From positions 67,394 through 131,393 of the forward strand of contig CAZQAW010000002.1 in NCBI GenBank assembly GCA_964591445.1: DNA of 64,000 nt, written 5' to 3'. Positions within the stretch are counted from its first letter, which is position 1; each line of letters begins with the position of its first letter. Below, in pieces: positions 1 through 9,277 of this stretch. This stretch comes from an uncultured Candidatus Saccharibacteria bacterium. GTDB lineage: Bacteria; Patescibacteriota; Minisyncoccia; Phycocordibacterales; UBA9973. The notes beneath the pieces are model-generated. The model was not told where the DNA came from, made no database searches, and was given only the letters and a program-made list of their open reading frames with translations. A program made the translations under genes and the position numbers.

Positions 1-879
1 GTGATGCGGCGAGCGGAACGGCGGAGCCGTGACAAGCTCCCTGGCGAGGTTTCCTGCAATAGAATAAATTCCCGTTGCTTCCAAAATTTCTGGAAGTGTC
101 AACCGCGGAAGTATGCCGGCAAATGCTTTTGCGAGCATCGTCTTTCCGGTTCCCGGCGGGCCCGACATGACGACATTGTGCCCGCCGGCTGCGGCAATTT
201 CGAGTCCGCGTTTTGCGGCTTCTTGTCCACGAATATCAGAAAAGTCTGTCGTGTGGTCTTCTTCGGCATACGTTATTTCTGTTTGCGGTTGCTTTTGTAT
301 TTTTCCTCCCGTGCCAAGGGGAGGTGTCAGCCCTTTGGCTGACGGAGGGGTGTGTGGTTTTTCGTCCAAATGTTCTATGACTTCCTTCAAATAGTTCACT
401 CCGAAAATCGTAATGCCATCAATCAGTGCTGCTTCAGCTGCATTTTCCATCGGCACGTAGACTTCTTGAAATCCTTTTGCTTTCGCTTCGCGCACAAGTG
501 GCAATGTTCCTTTGATCGGTTTTATTTCTCCGTTCAATGCAAGCTCGCCCAAGAAAAGTTTTTTCTCCGGTTCAAAATGTATATCGCCAAGCGAAAGCAG
601 ATATCCGAGCGCAATCGCCAAGTCAAAATATGGACCTTCTTTTTTCAAATCCGCCGGCGAAAGCGAAACAACTATTTTCTGATTCTGACTTTTAGGCGAA
701 GTGTAACCAGAATTTTTAAGCGCGCCGGAAACGCGGTCTTTCGATTCATCGACTGCTTTGTCTGGAAGCCCAACCACGGTAAAAGCATGAAGCGAATTCT
801 TGGTGATATCCGCTTCGATAGTGACGATTGCACCTTTCAGTGCATGAGTTTGTGCGCTGTAGACTCTTGAGAAGGACAT
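1..879 (-). CDS. comM: YifB/ComM family Mg-chelatase-like AAA+ ATPase (N-terminal part; C-terminus lies beyond the window start)
   Basis: Minus-strand translation from ATG at 879 reads MSFSRVYSAQTHALKGAIVTIEADITK...GLPDKAVDESKDRV...VVMSGPPGTGKTMLAKAFAGILP (Walker A). The listed + strand ORFs at 1..870 are antisense artefacts. Confidence 0.8.
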   Translation of the reverse strand, partial: MSFSRVYSAQTHALKGAIVTIEADITKNSLHAFTVVGLPDKAVDESKDRVSGALKNSGYTSPKSQNQKIVVSLSPADLKKEGPYFDLAIALGYLLSLGDIHFEPEKKLFLGELALNGEIKPIKGTLPLVREAKAKGFQEVYVPMENAAEAALIDGITIFGVNYLKEVIEHLDEKPHTPPSAKGLTPPLGTGGKIQKQPQTEITYAEEDHTTDFSDIRGQEAAKRGLEIAAAGGHNVVMSGPPGTGKTMLAKAFAGILPRLTLPEILEATGIYSIAGNLARELVTAPPFRSPHH

Positions 880-905
880 AGTATGCCCTTCTCCAAAAAG
901 AAGAG

Positions 906-1259
906 CTAGTTATTCATATGAGCTTTGCAAGTGCGTGCTGCTGGGTTTGCCATCAAGCGATCTTCTTCGATTGGCTCGCCAGAGATTTCGCACTTACCAT
1001 AGTTGCCGCCTTCGATTTTGTCGAGTGCGACGTTCACATCAGCATAGCGTGCTTCAAGTGTTTGCAAAATAGAAGTTCGTTCTTGGAAGTCTTCTGCTCG
1101 GTCTGCCAAGTCATTCTCGTCTGCTTCCGGCAAACCTGCTTCGGGAATTGCTTCCCAATCGCCGGTTTCAGTGTTTACTACGCGGCCAAGGGCCTTCAAT
1201 TCTTCGAGCAAAACACCTTTTTCTTCCAACAATTTTTCTTTATATACTGATGTATTCAT
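906..1259 (-). CDS. DksA/TraR family C4-type zinc-finger protein
   Basis: 117 aa with coiled-coil N-terminus and C-terminal CxxC...CxxC (GKCEISGEPIEEDRLMANPAARTCKAH). Confidence 0.7.
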   Translation of the reverse strand: MNTSVYKEKLLEEKGVLLEELKALGRVVNTETGDWEAIPEAGLPEADENDLADRAEDFQERTSILQTLEARYADVNVALDKIEGGNYGKCEISGEPIEEDRLMANPAARTCKAHMNN

Positions 1260-1306
1260 AGTTGTATCATAACACTGATAAAGGAAATATCAACTTCCGC
1301 GAGATG

Positions 1307-2245
1307 TTACCGGCGAATCCGGCTCGCATTGTATCGAGTCATAATTTCGGCAAACGTTTCTTGGGTTGTGGTGATGATGACGGTGTTTTGGTTGACGAAT
1401 CCATAGAGAAGTATTGTCTTGCCGTCTTTGTCGAGGAGTGTGCGCACGTCGATATTTCTGATCGTCGTATCTTGGAAGGGTTTTGCCAAGAGATAAGCGC
1501 GTTCACCGGAAACCGATATGTCAAACATTGTGAAAAAATCATCCACCATTTTTTTCTCCCATTCGAGCAAGCCCGCGTACATGTTGTCGTAGTCGCTTGT
1601 GTTAAGAAGCATGAACGGCGTATTGGCGCCCGAGCTTACTCCTTTGTGCACGCCGACCATAAATTCATTTTGCAAACTTCGAGATGCCCGGCCCGGAATG
1701 CTGGAAGCTACGGTTGTAAAAAATGCTTGCGCGCCAAGTTTTGTCGCGACGTCGCCACTCTTGGTGATGAAATACATATACAGCACACCGCCGTCTTTGA
1801 GAGTAACTTTTTCGACGTCGTTTTTTATCATCGTCTGCACTTGGTTTTTCAAAAGTCCGGTTACGTCGTAGCCTTTGTTTTCATCTGCATAGACGAGCGA
1901 CTGGATCTGCGGAGTGCTGTCGGTGACTTTCGGAGTCGCATCTTTTCTCATGTATAAAAAGTAATACCCGACTGCAATGATTCCAAGTGCGACAAGCACC
2001 GAACTTCCTGCAATGAAAGCTTTATTTTTTCGCGAAGCCGGAGAAAAGTTTTCGTACTCAGCGGTTTTCTTTTTTTGCTCAGCCATCGCAATCTTCACCA
2101 CGCTCGCTTCCCCGCTTTTGATGGCCTCGGCCATGTCAGAAGAAAAAGTGCGAAGCACAGTCGGCTGCGAATTTATTTTCTCTGTACTTTTGTCGACAAA
2201 ATTCTCGCGACCCGTATTGTTATTTCCATTATTTCCCGGTGGCAT
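1307..2245 (-). CDS. hypothetical single-pass membrane protein
   Basis: 312 aa; Asn/Gly-rich N-terminus, one hydrophobic helix (AFIAGSSVLVALGIIAVGYYFLY), large extracytoplasmic domain; no family recognised. Confidence 0.5.
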   Translation of the reverse strand: MPPGNNGNNNTGRENFVDKSTEKINSQPTVLRTFSSDMAEAIKSGEASVVKIAMAEQKKKTAEYENFSPASRKNKAFIAGSSVLVALGIIAVGYYFLYMRKDATPKVTDSTPQIQSLVYADENKGYDVTGLLKNQVQTMIKNDVEKVTLKDGGVLYMYFITKSGDVATKLGAQAFFTTVASSIPGRASRSLQNEFMVGVHKGVSSGANTPFMLLNTSDYDNMYAGLLEWEKKMVDDFFTMFDISVSGERAYLLAKPFQDTTIRNIDVRTLLDKDGKTILLYGFVNQNTVIITTTQETFAEIMTRYNASRIRR

Positions 2246-2278
2246 ATGCTTTGTAGTATAGCATCTTTTAGAAATGCG

Positions 2279-3085
2279 TTATTTCACATTTTTTACCACG
2301 CTTGCGCATTCTTCTTCTGAGATGACGGTGTGGAGGAGCGCTTGCAAGACTTTTGCCTTTGTTTCTTTCGGCAAGTTACTCCCTACACCCACCCCTCTTT
2401 TCTTGGCTTTTGCCGCGATAATGAAATCTATTTTCTCTGCAACATCTTGGTAAGCATTTGCCCCGTGTGCTACTAGGTGCAAATCTGGTCTGTCGACGGC
2501 TATCATTTCCATAACACCCTGCATCATTGTTTCTGCCAAGACTCCCATTTGTTCGTTATTCTTCCCTGTTCGCTCGGCAATTTTCTGGTAAGCCATCGAC
2601 ATGAGCATGTCTTTCTTGCGAGTTTCTTCGGTCAATTTTTCTGCCAGTATTTTATTTGTGTGGTTTTGGTAATCGTCTTCTCCTATTTTTTCTGTGTACA
2701 TTTTACGCAATCGTTTCCCTTCAAAAGTTCCTACTGTCCCCTTTTCTATCGCAACCTTCGCGCCAAAATGCCGGCTGGCGATTATTTCCCCGAGAGTTAC
2801 TTGTTCGTTCCCAATATAAAAAGATTTCTTGTATTTGTTATAAGAAATTACATTATCTTCACCCTCCAAAAGTTGGGCATCAGCAAGTTGCTCTGCACGA
2901 TGCTTTTCTTCTGTTGCTTGTAAAATTGCATCAGTTCCCACCAGCGCCCGCTCCATATCACCTAGAAAGTGAGGTTCTGTTTCCGGTGTTTCGTTTGTAC
3001 GACGCGGCGCTTCCATCAAGTTTGATTCGTTAAACATGTCTGTAGTATAGCAGGTCTGATAGCGAAAGAAATTATCATTTGACAA
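2279..3085 (-). CDS. hypothetical protein
   Basis: 268-aa ORF, coding-like composition, no recognisable motif. Confidence 0.45.
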   Translation of the reverse strand: MSNDNFFRYQTCYTTDMFNESNLMEAPRRTNETPETEPHFLGDMERALVGTDAILQATEEKHRAEQLADAQLLEGEDNVISYNKYKKSFYIGNEQVTLGEIIASRHFGAKVAIEKGTVGTFEGKRLRKMYTEKIGEDDYQNHTNKILAEKLTEETRKKDMLMSMAYQKIAERTGKNNEQMGVLAETMMQGVMEMIAVDRPDLHLVAHGANAYQDVAEKIDFIIAAKAKKRGVGVGSNLPKETKAKVLQALLHTVISEEECASVVKNVK

Positions 3086-3133
3086 AATATATTTTTAAAT
3101 GTAATATAAAGAAAAATATAAAACAAAAAAGAA

Positions 3134-3790
3134 ATGAAAAAGCACATATTATTTCGAATAGACTACTATTCGTATCTTGGTTCTGATGCATCAAATGAGC
3201 ATTTTCTCTACAACACAAAATTAAGTAAGGAATGCATTGAAACGTTTACTCAGTTGCTTGAAACAACAAAGCTGCCGGTATTGTTTATAAATATGGCAAG
3301 CTCAAGCTATTCAATTTGGGGAAAGGATAAATTCCCTATTACTTATACAAACACAGATATACTGACTAACCTTTGTAAAAAACATAGGACTAAGGGTGAA
3401 ACGCTCTATTCTTTTATAACAGGTCAGCGAAGAAAAGACGGGTTAAAGTGGATGTATCGAAAAAGAGAGAAAATAAATGCTGAGCTTGATAAGATCATTA
3501 AGAGAATTAATAATGATGAAGCGATGATTATTGTGGCCTCTTTCCGTGATGCAGAATATTTACAAAAAAATTTGCTGGATATCAAAAAAGTATTTTCTGA
3601 TGTAGCCCCCTCTACTCAAATTCTGAATTCCTGGCGAATCATGTGTCGTGAAAATTGGGGTGGTACTTCTAAGCAACTATTTGTTAATGATTTTGCAAAT
3701 GGTAAAGGAGATAGTCAGGTAAATGTGTATCCACCTTCAAACACATTTGTAAGTAAAGCGCCTAGGCCTAGACAGAAAAAAGCTGCATAA
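3134..3790 (+). CDS. hypothetical protein
   Basis: 218-aa ORF followed by a strong bidirectional terminator; AT-rich upstream region. Confidence 0.5.
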   Translation: MKKHILFRIDYYSYLGSDASNEHFLYNTKLSKECIETFTQLLETTKLPVLFINMASSSYSIWGKDKFPITYTNTDILTNLCKKHRTKGETLYSFITGQRRKDGLKWMYRKREKINAELDKIIKRINNDEAMIIVASFRDAEYLQKNLLDIKKVFSDVAPSTQILNSWRIMCRENWGGTSKQLFVNDFANGKGDSQVNVYPPSNTFVSKAPRPRQKKAA

Positions 3791-3805
3791 ATAATAAATG
3801 CGGTA

Positions 3806-3845
3806 TCAAAAAATCCTGAAACTCAAGTGAGTTTCAGGATTTTTA
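3806..3845. terminator. bidirectional rho-independent terminator
   Basis: A-run, perfect 13-bp stem ATCCTGAAACTCA/TGAGTTTCAGGAT, T-run; sits between convergent genes. Confidence 0.65.
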
Positions 3846-4676
3846 TTTCCCCAAAAGTTCAAACTGTTCTTGCAGATCTTTCGGTATGTAGAATCTTGCT
3901 GACATTCTTTTTCTTAGAGCTAATGCTTTTTTGCTGTTGTTCTCTACTATAATTTTGATCGTGCCTGGTCTTTTGAAAAGGTGGTTGAGTTTTGTTATGA
4001 GAACTGCTTCTTCTTTTTCTGTTTCGTATAGTTTGTCTATTTCTTCCGCAAGTCTTTTTGAAATCTTGGTTGTGATGATGTAGTCTTTCATCAGGCTTAT
4101 GTGGTCTCGCCTGCTAAAGTTCGCTTTGTGGTTGAGATCGACTTGGTGGAATTCATTTTGCAAACGCAGTTTCATTTTCTTGTCGAGTTCTGTTTCTCCG
4201 CCAAGAATCGAGAAATAATGAATTTTATTTTTAGTAAAGTTTTCTTCGTACTCGATTTCACTTTCTGTTCGTCCGTCGGCATAGTACCAAAAGTGATGCG
4301 GAAGGAATGCAAATGTCGGATACTGCCCAATTTCTTTTTGAATGTCGTTTAAAGTATGTTTCCAAAACGCATCCAAGTGCGCGATCTTGTTGAAGCTAAA
4401 AACAACATCTTCGCCGGGCGAAAGGCTGAAGCGATATTTTTCTTGGAATAGCGCCGAAGTCTTTTCTCTCCAGACACTGCTGACTGAGTACATTTTCTTC
4501 TGTTTCACCACGATATCCTCGGTAATTAATTCCCGAAGCGCTTTGTAGACACCCTGAATAGTGGCTTTTACTTGTAAGCTTCCCAAATAAGCTGAAATAC
4601 CGGCAACATCTGCCTCTTTTGCCAAAAGAAGCTCTATTATATGGTCATAAAGGGTTTTTCTTGTCCCAAGTAGCAT
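3843..4676 (-). CDS. hypothetical protein with N-terminal winged-helix-like domain
   Basis: 277 aa; N-terminus (LYDHIIELLLAKEADVAGISAYLG...VYKALRELITEDIVV) resembles a wHTH DNA-binding fold; remainder unassigned. Confidence 0.5.
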   Translation of the reverse strand: MLLGTRKTLYDHIIELLLAKEADVAGISAYLGSLQVKATIQGVYKALRELITEDIVVKQKKMYSVSSVWREKTSALFQEKYRFSLSPGEDVVFSFNKIAHLDAFWKHTLNDIQKEIGQYPTFAFLPHHFWYYADGRTESEIEYEENFTKNKIHYFSILGGETELDKKMKLRLQNEFHQVDLNHKANFSRRDHISLMKDYIITTKISKRLAEEIDKLYETEKEEAVLITKLNHLFKRPGTIKIIVENNSKKALALRKRMSARFYIPKDLQEQFELLGK

Positions 4677-4805
4677 ATAGAGACTATATCACTTTTAAAC
4701 TAATAGTTTAATTTATATTAATAATAAGTAATAAAATGGAAACTTTGTCAAATAACAGTTATACTTCCTTTAAATAAACACATTCACAATTTAAAAAATA
4801 AAACT

Positions 4806-5237
4806 ATGGATACTCAACTATTCAACCAAATGATTTCAAACGGAGGACTTGAATCATATAGAAAAAGCAGAACAATTCTTCTACCACTAGCTAGTTTTCT
4901 TAGCTTGTTTATACCATTCATTCTGACTCTGAGTTACTGCTATCTCAAAGTATCATCTGCGGGTACGAATATTGGATATGCAATTCTTATCTTATGTGCT
5001 TCTTACTTTCTTTCAATTTTTATCTTTAATAAAATTCTCAACTCGGGCTATAAAAAGAATCCTGAAAAATGGCAGAAGGCATTTCTATTTGAAAAGAAAA
5101 ATGAGCTTGAAAGATGCATCTTGGCACTTGATAATGCCAGGAAGATAAAAGCGGAAGAAGATAAAAAGAAAATTGATCAATTCAATGAGTCAATAAAAGA
5201 AATTGATAATTACTTAAACAATAAAAAAACTAAATAA
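4806..5237 (+). CDS. small membrane protein (2 TM) with C-terminal coiled coil
   Basis: 143 aa, two hydrophobic helices then KKNELERCILALDNARKIKAEEDKKKIDQF. Confidence 0.45.
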   Translation: MDTQLFNQMISNGGLESYRKSRTILLPLASFLSLFIPFILTLSYCYLKVSSAGTNIGYAILILCASYFLSIFIFNKILNSGYKKNPEKWQKAFLFEKKNELERCILALDNARKIKAEEDKKKIDQFNESIKEIDNYLNNKKTK

Positions 5238-5238
5238 A

Positions 5239-5514
5239 ATGAAAAAAGATAGAACTCATGATGAAGAATCCTTTATCATTGATATAAAATTTCACATTGT
5301 TTTCTTTATTCTAGCTGCCGTGAGTGTTTTTGCAGATACGAATGTTGGTTGGCATTTCGGAAATCATTTTGTAAATGAACATATCGTAATTTCCTGTATT
5401 ATTTTTGTTGTATATGCAATGGGTTGGTTTGCTACATTTATATATGGTTTATTTTGCGCAAGACCGGTTATTCTTTTCGGCAGTGTAGTATTATTCATTT
5501 ATTGTCAGTTTTAA
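5239..5514 (+). CDS. small membrane protein
   Basis: 91 aa, three hydrophobic segments; start abuts the stop of the upstream gene. Confidence 0.4.
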   Translation: MKKDRTHDEESFIIDIKFHIVFFILAAVSVFADTNVGWHFGNHFVNEHIVISCIIFVVYAMGWFATFIYGLFCARPVILFGSVVLFIYCQF

Positions 5515-5516
5515 TC

Positions 5517-5552
5517 AAAAATCCCATCACGAGTTGTGATGGGATTTTTTTT
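5517..5552. terminator. bidirectional rho-independent terminator
   Basis: ATCCCATCACGAGTTGTGATGGGAT stem-loop flanked by A and T runs. Confidence 0.65.
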
Positions 5553-5556
5553 AAAA

Positions 5557-6642
5557 TTACTTAAGAATTTTTAGCAAAGGATCAAACCGGAAAAGTTTAT
5601 TTCGACTTCGCTGTCCAACTTCAGAAATGTAGTTTTTTTCCTGTAAATTCTTTATGAGACTTGTTGCGGTAAGGTAGCTTGAACATTTTGTTGAATCCTG
5701 AACCATTTTAATAGTGAAAATCGGAGATTCGAAGAGCATATCAATAAATGGAATTATATATGGAGATTTATTAGTACTGTATTCTTTTCTCACCTTGTCA
5801 TATAAGGAATATATTTCTTCTATGATTTTTTGTGTTTCGTTGAGTTGTTCAGAAACAGAACGAAGGAAAAATTTTAACCACTCCTCGATATCATTACCCT
5901 CATCCACTGCATGCAATTTATCGATGTATTCATCTTTGTGGTCTTCAAAATAACCACTCAAATAGAGAATCGGGGCAGAAAGTCGTTGGTGTTTATGTAA
6001 GACTAATGGAATAAGTAGTCTACCAATACGCCCGTTTCCGTCATCAAAAGGGTGGATTGCTTCAAATTGATAATGCATCACGCCAGCTTTTATAAGTGCA
6101 TTTTCTTTGCCATTATTTATATAGTCAAACAGATTATCGACACCGCTTCTTACGTGTATTGGTTCTGGTGGAACATAAATTGCTTTCTCGATTGGATCTC
6201 CTGCACGTTCTGCAATCCATACTTGGCCTTCACGAAATTTCCCTAGTAAACCTTTATGGCGAACATCTTTCAATAGTATCCCGTGTAAGCTCTCAATGAG
6301 ATGACTACTTACACCTCTGCCTTTCTGAATTTCTTTTACTGCAAGCCCCATTGCTGTTCGGTAGTTTATGACTTCCTGAATGTCTGCGTGTTTAGTTTTT
6401 TCACCAGCATCAAATAGGAAAACATCCGCGACATCGCTTTGTGTTCCTTCGATCTTAGAACTCATAACGGCTTCTTTCGCTGTAAGAGGTGAAATAAGAA
6501 GTGAAGAGTTTTGTAATTTTTTTTGAGAACCTTCAAGTAAGCCAAGGGCGTACTCGGCGGTTGATAGTTCTTCTGCAAATTTGTTATAGTCTAACTTCAG
6601 CCCTTTAGGGTCCAAGTTTTTTACGATTGCTGGTTTTTTCAT
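5557..6642 (-). CDS. Fic/DOC family protein (AMPylator-type) with N-terminal inhibitory motif
   Basis: Canonical Fic motif HPFDDGNGRIGRLL; upstream SKIEGT matches the (S/T)xxxE(G/N) auto-inhibitory helix of class II Fic proteins. Confidence 0.85.
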   Translation of the reverse strand: MKKPAIVKNLDPKGLKLDYNKFAEELSTAEYALGLLEGSQKKLQNSSLLISPLTAKEAVMSSKIEGTQSDVADVFLFDAGEKTKHADIQEVINYRTAMGLAVKEIQKGRGVSSHLIESLHGILLKDVRHKGLLGKFREGQVWIAERAGDPIEKAIYVPPEPIHVRSGVDNLFDYINNGKENALIKAGVMHYQFEAIHPFDDGNGRIGRLLIPLVLHKHQRLSAPILYLSGYFEDHKDEYIDKLHAVDEGNDIEEWLKFFLRSVSEQLNETQKIIEEIYSLYDKVRKEYSTNKSPYIIPFIDMLFESPIFTIKMVQDSTKCSSYLTATSLIKNLQEKNYISEVGQRSRNKLFRFDPLLKILK

Positions 6643-6741
6643 ACAATTACAGTGTATTATGTGTACATAAGAATGTCAAGTTTCTTATGTATAAGTATTT
6701 TTTGTACATAACACCTTATATACATCGTAAGAAGAATTTTA

Positions 6742-8931
6742 CTATTGTGTCATAGGAGCTTGAGTGTACGGATTCTTGATGAAGTCTTTGTTTGCTTCTT
6801 TGATTGAAAGGCTGATGCGGCCGCGCTCTGGGTCTACCGCTACGACTTTTACTGGCACTCTTTGCCCTTCTTTTAATACATCTGTAACTTTTTGAACTCG
6901 AAACGGTGCGATTTCAGAAATGTGCACAAGTCCGTCGGTGTATTCAGAAAGTGCGACCACTGCGCCGATTTCAAGAATTTTTATTACAAGTCCTTCGGCA
7001 CTGTCACCCACGCGCCATTCTTTGGTCAGTGCTTCGATAATTTTCTTTGCAGCTTCGGCACTTCCGTCTTTGCCGGTAATGAATACTGTTCCGTCATCTT
7101 CGATATTGATTTCCGCGCCTGTTTTATCTTTGATGCCGTTCACTGTTTTGCCTCCGCCTCCGATCACAAGACCGATCTGTTCTGTCTTGATTTTGATCAC
7201 AAAAATCTTCGGAGCTTTTGCAGATATGTCAGCGCGAGGTTTCGCGATTTCTTTTTCAATCGTGTCGAGGATAGTGTAGCGCGCAGTTTTTGCTTGCTCG
7301 AGTGCAGCTTTCAAAATCTCTGGTGCGATGCCGCCAACTTTGATGTCGAGCTGAAGCGCAGTGATTCCCTTTCGTGTTCCGGCAATTTTAAAATCCATGT
7401 CGCCGTGATGGTCTTCCGGGCCTTGGATGTCGGTCAAGATTTTATAGTCGGTGTGATTTTCTTCATCGATCATTGCGCCCATTGCAATCCCGGCAACCGC
7501 GGCTTTGATCGGTACGCCTCCGTCCATGAGCGCAAGAGATGATGCACAAATAGAAGCTTGAGAAGTCGAGCCGTTCGATGCCATAGATTCAGATACGACG
7601 CGGATCGTGTAAGGAAAATCCATTTTAGATGGAAGCACCGGTACAAGCGCTTTTTCGGCGAGCATGCCGTGTCCCATTTCGCGGCGGTTCATGCCACCCA
7701 CGCGTCCAGTTTCTCCGGCAGAATACGGCGGAAAGTTGTAGTGATGCATAAATCTTTTTTCTCCGCGCACTTCCATGCCGTCCAAAATGTACATGTCGGC
7801 CGGGCCGCCAAGCGTAAGCGCAGAAAAGACGTGTGTTTCTCCGCGATAAAAAATGCCTGTGCCATGAAGCATTGGAGACACGCCGCCTGCTTGCGCAAAA
7901 AGGTTTCGAACTTCATCCATTCTTCGTCCGTCTGCACGGCGATTTTCTTTGAGCGCACCAACGTGAAGCACTCGGTCAACTTCGTGATGGAAATAGTCGA
8001 CCGCAATGTTTCGCAGTTCGTCGTTTGCTTTGTTTGTTTTATAATCTGCGGACGGCGGATACATTTCTTCAGCAATTTCTTTCCATTTGATTTCAAAATC
8101 GGTAATGTTGTCTTTTGAAAGTGTGCCTTCGAACTTCCCTTTCATGAAAAGTCCGTCCATGAGTTCTGTGCCGATAGTTTCTGCAAATTTCTGCTTCACT
8201 TCTTCTGGAGTTGCAGGCTTTGGAAATGAAAGTTTTGCTTTGCCGATTTCAGAAACGATTTTCTTCTGCCAGTTTTCAATTTCTGTAATGTGCGTTACCG
8301 CTTTGTCAAAAGCAATGCCCACGTTCGCTTCGTCCATTTCAAATGTCATCGCTTCGATCATCATGATCTTGCCTTCTTTTCCGCACACGGTAAGATCCAT
8401 GTCATACACCGCTTCGCCTTGGTGCGGTACGTATTCGTCGTATTTGATTTCGCTTTCACCTTTTACTTTGCCAATGTGCACCGCGCCCACTGGCCCGTCC
8501 CAAGGAATGTCTGACACCGCAAGCGCAAGCGATGCTGCGTTGATACCAAGCACTCCCGGGTCTGCTTGCCCTACAGAAAGTACGGTGATGATGACTTGCA
8601 CTGCGTTCTTGATATGCTTTTCAAACAAAGGACGGATCGTGCGGTCGATGATGCGAGAAGAAAGCACTGCTTCGTCGCTCGGCCGGCCTTCGCGCTTGTT
8701 GTATTGTCCGCCCAAGATGAGCCCTGCTGCATAATGCTTTTCCAAATACTCGACTGTAAGATTAAAAAATCCCAAACTTTTTTCTGCAGATTTTGAAATC
8801 ACTGCAGTTGCCATAACTATAGTGTCTTCACATTTGAGCATCACCGAGCCGTTTGCTTGGTCTGCCAAATCTGAAAAAATAGCGGTCATAGTCTTGCCGC
8901 CTACCTCTAAAGAATACTCTTTTTGTTTCAT
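6742..8931 (-). CDS. pnp: polyribonucleotide nucleotidyltransferase (PNPase)
   Basis: Two RNase PH-like cores, KH (GPKIFVIKIKTEQIGLVIGGGGKTV) and S1 (GDSAEGLVIKILEIGAVVAL) domains. Start chosen at MKQKEY (ATG at 8931) rather than the ORF-track extension to 9000. Confidence 0.9.
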   Translation of the reverse strand: MKQKEYSLEVGGKTMTAIFSDLADQANGSVMLKCEDTIVMATAVISKSAEKSLGFFNLTVEYLEKHYAAGLILGGQYNKREGRPSDEAVLSSRIIDRTIRPLFEKHIKNAVQVIITVLSVGQADPGVLGINAASLALAVSDIPWDGPVGAVHIGKVKGESEIKYDEYVPHQGEAVYDMDLTVCGKEGKIMMIEAMTFEMDEANVGIAFDKAVTHITEIENWQKKIVSEIGKAKLSFPKPATPEEVKQKFAETIGTELMDGLFMKGKFEGTLSKDNITDFEIKWKEIAEEMYPPSADYKTNKANDELRNIAVDYFHHEVDRVLHVGALKENRRADGRRMDEVRNLFAQAGGVSPMLHGTGIFYRGETHVFSALTLGGPADMYILDGMEVRGEKRFMHHYNFPPYSAGETGRVGGMNRREMGHGMLAEKALVPVLPSKMDFPYTIRVVSESMASNGSTSQASICASSLALMDGGVPIKAAVAGIAMGAMIDEENHTDYKILTDIQGPEDHHGDMDFKIAGTRKGITALQLDIKVGGIAPEILKAALEQAKTARYTILDTIEKEIAKPRADISAKAPKIFVIKIKTEQIGLVIGGGGKTVNGIKDKTGAEINIEDDGTVFITGKDGSAEAAKKIIEALTKEWRVGDSAEGLVIKILEIGAVVALSEYTDGLVHISEIAPFRVQKVTDVLKEGQRVPVKVVAVDPERGRISLSIKEANKDFIKNPYTQAPMTQ

Positions 8932-9202
8932 AGATACTTGTCCGCCTGTGGCGGGTTGTACGAATCTACAAGCTTTAGAACTGAAACCAGCTGGCTTCAA
9001 TACTACATGCTCACAGACTCGTGGTTAGTTGTAATGTCTGTACTCTAACACGAAATACTTTCTATGTGAAACAAAAAAATAAACCCCTCGGCAATCACTG
9101 CGGAGGGGTTTGAACCTAAAACTTATGCAATCTCACCGAATTGTAAAGCTTCTTTATTATATCACATGAGTCTATTGACTTACCACATCCTAGGTGTATC
9201 AA

Positions 9203-9234
9203 TAAAAAAACAGGCTTTGCAATTGCAAAGCCTG
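9203..9234 (-). terminator. rho-independent terminator for the 9278..10213 gene
   Basis: Perfect 12-bp palindrome CAGGCTTTGCAA/TTGCAAAGCCTG followed (on the minus strand) by a T-run. Confidence 0.55.
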
Positions 9235-9277
9235 TACCCTAATGATGAACCTTCATTCAGAGAGTTTTTTCACTTGA

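Noticed and set aside
1-870. Three overlapping + strand ORFs (1..342, 113..394, 352..870)
   Set aside because: They are antisense to a well-supported ComM/YifB ATPase gene on the minus strand with conserved Walker A motif.
8932-9000. PNPase start at 9000 (MKPAGFSSK...)
   Set aside because: The conserved PNPase N-terminus begins at MKQKEY (ATG 8931); the upstream 23 codons have no homology and would sit within the pnp leader.
9085-9135. tRNA-like fragment (GGAGGGGTTTGAACC) in the pnp leader
   Set aside because: Only a T-arm-like stem is present; no acceptor, D or anticodon arms can be folded, so it is more likely a leader hairpin than a tRNA remnant.
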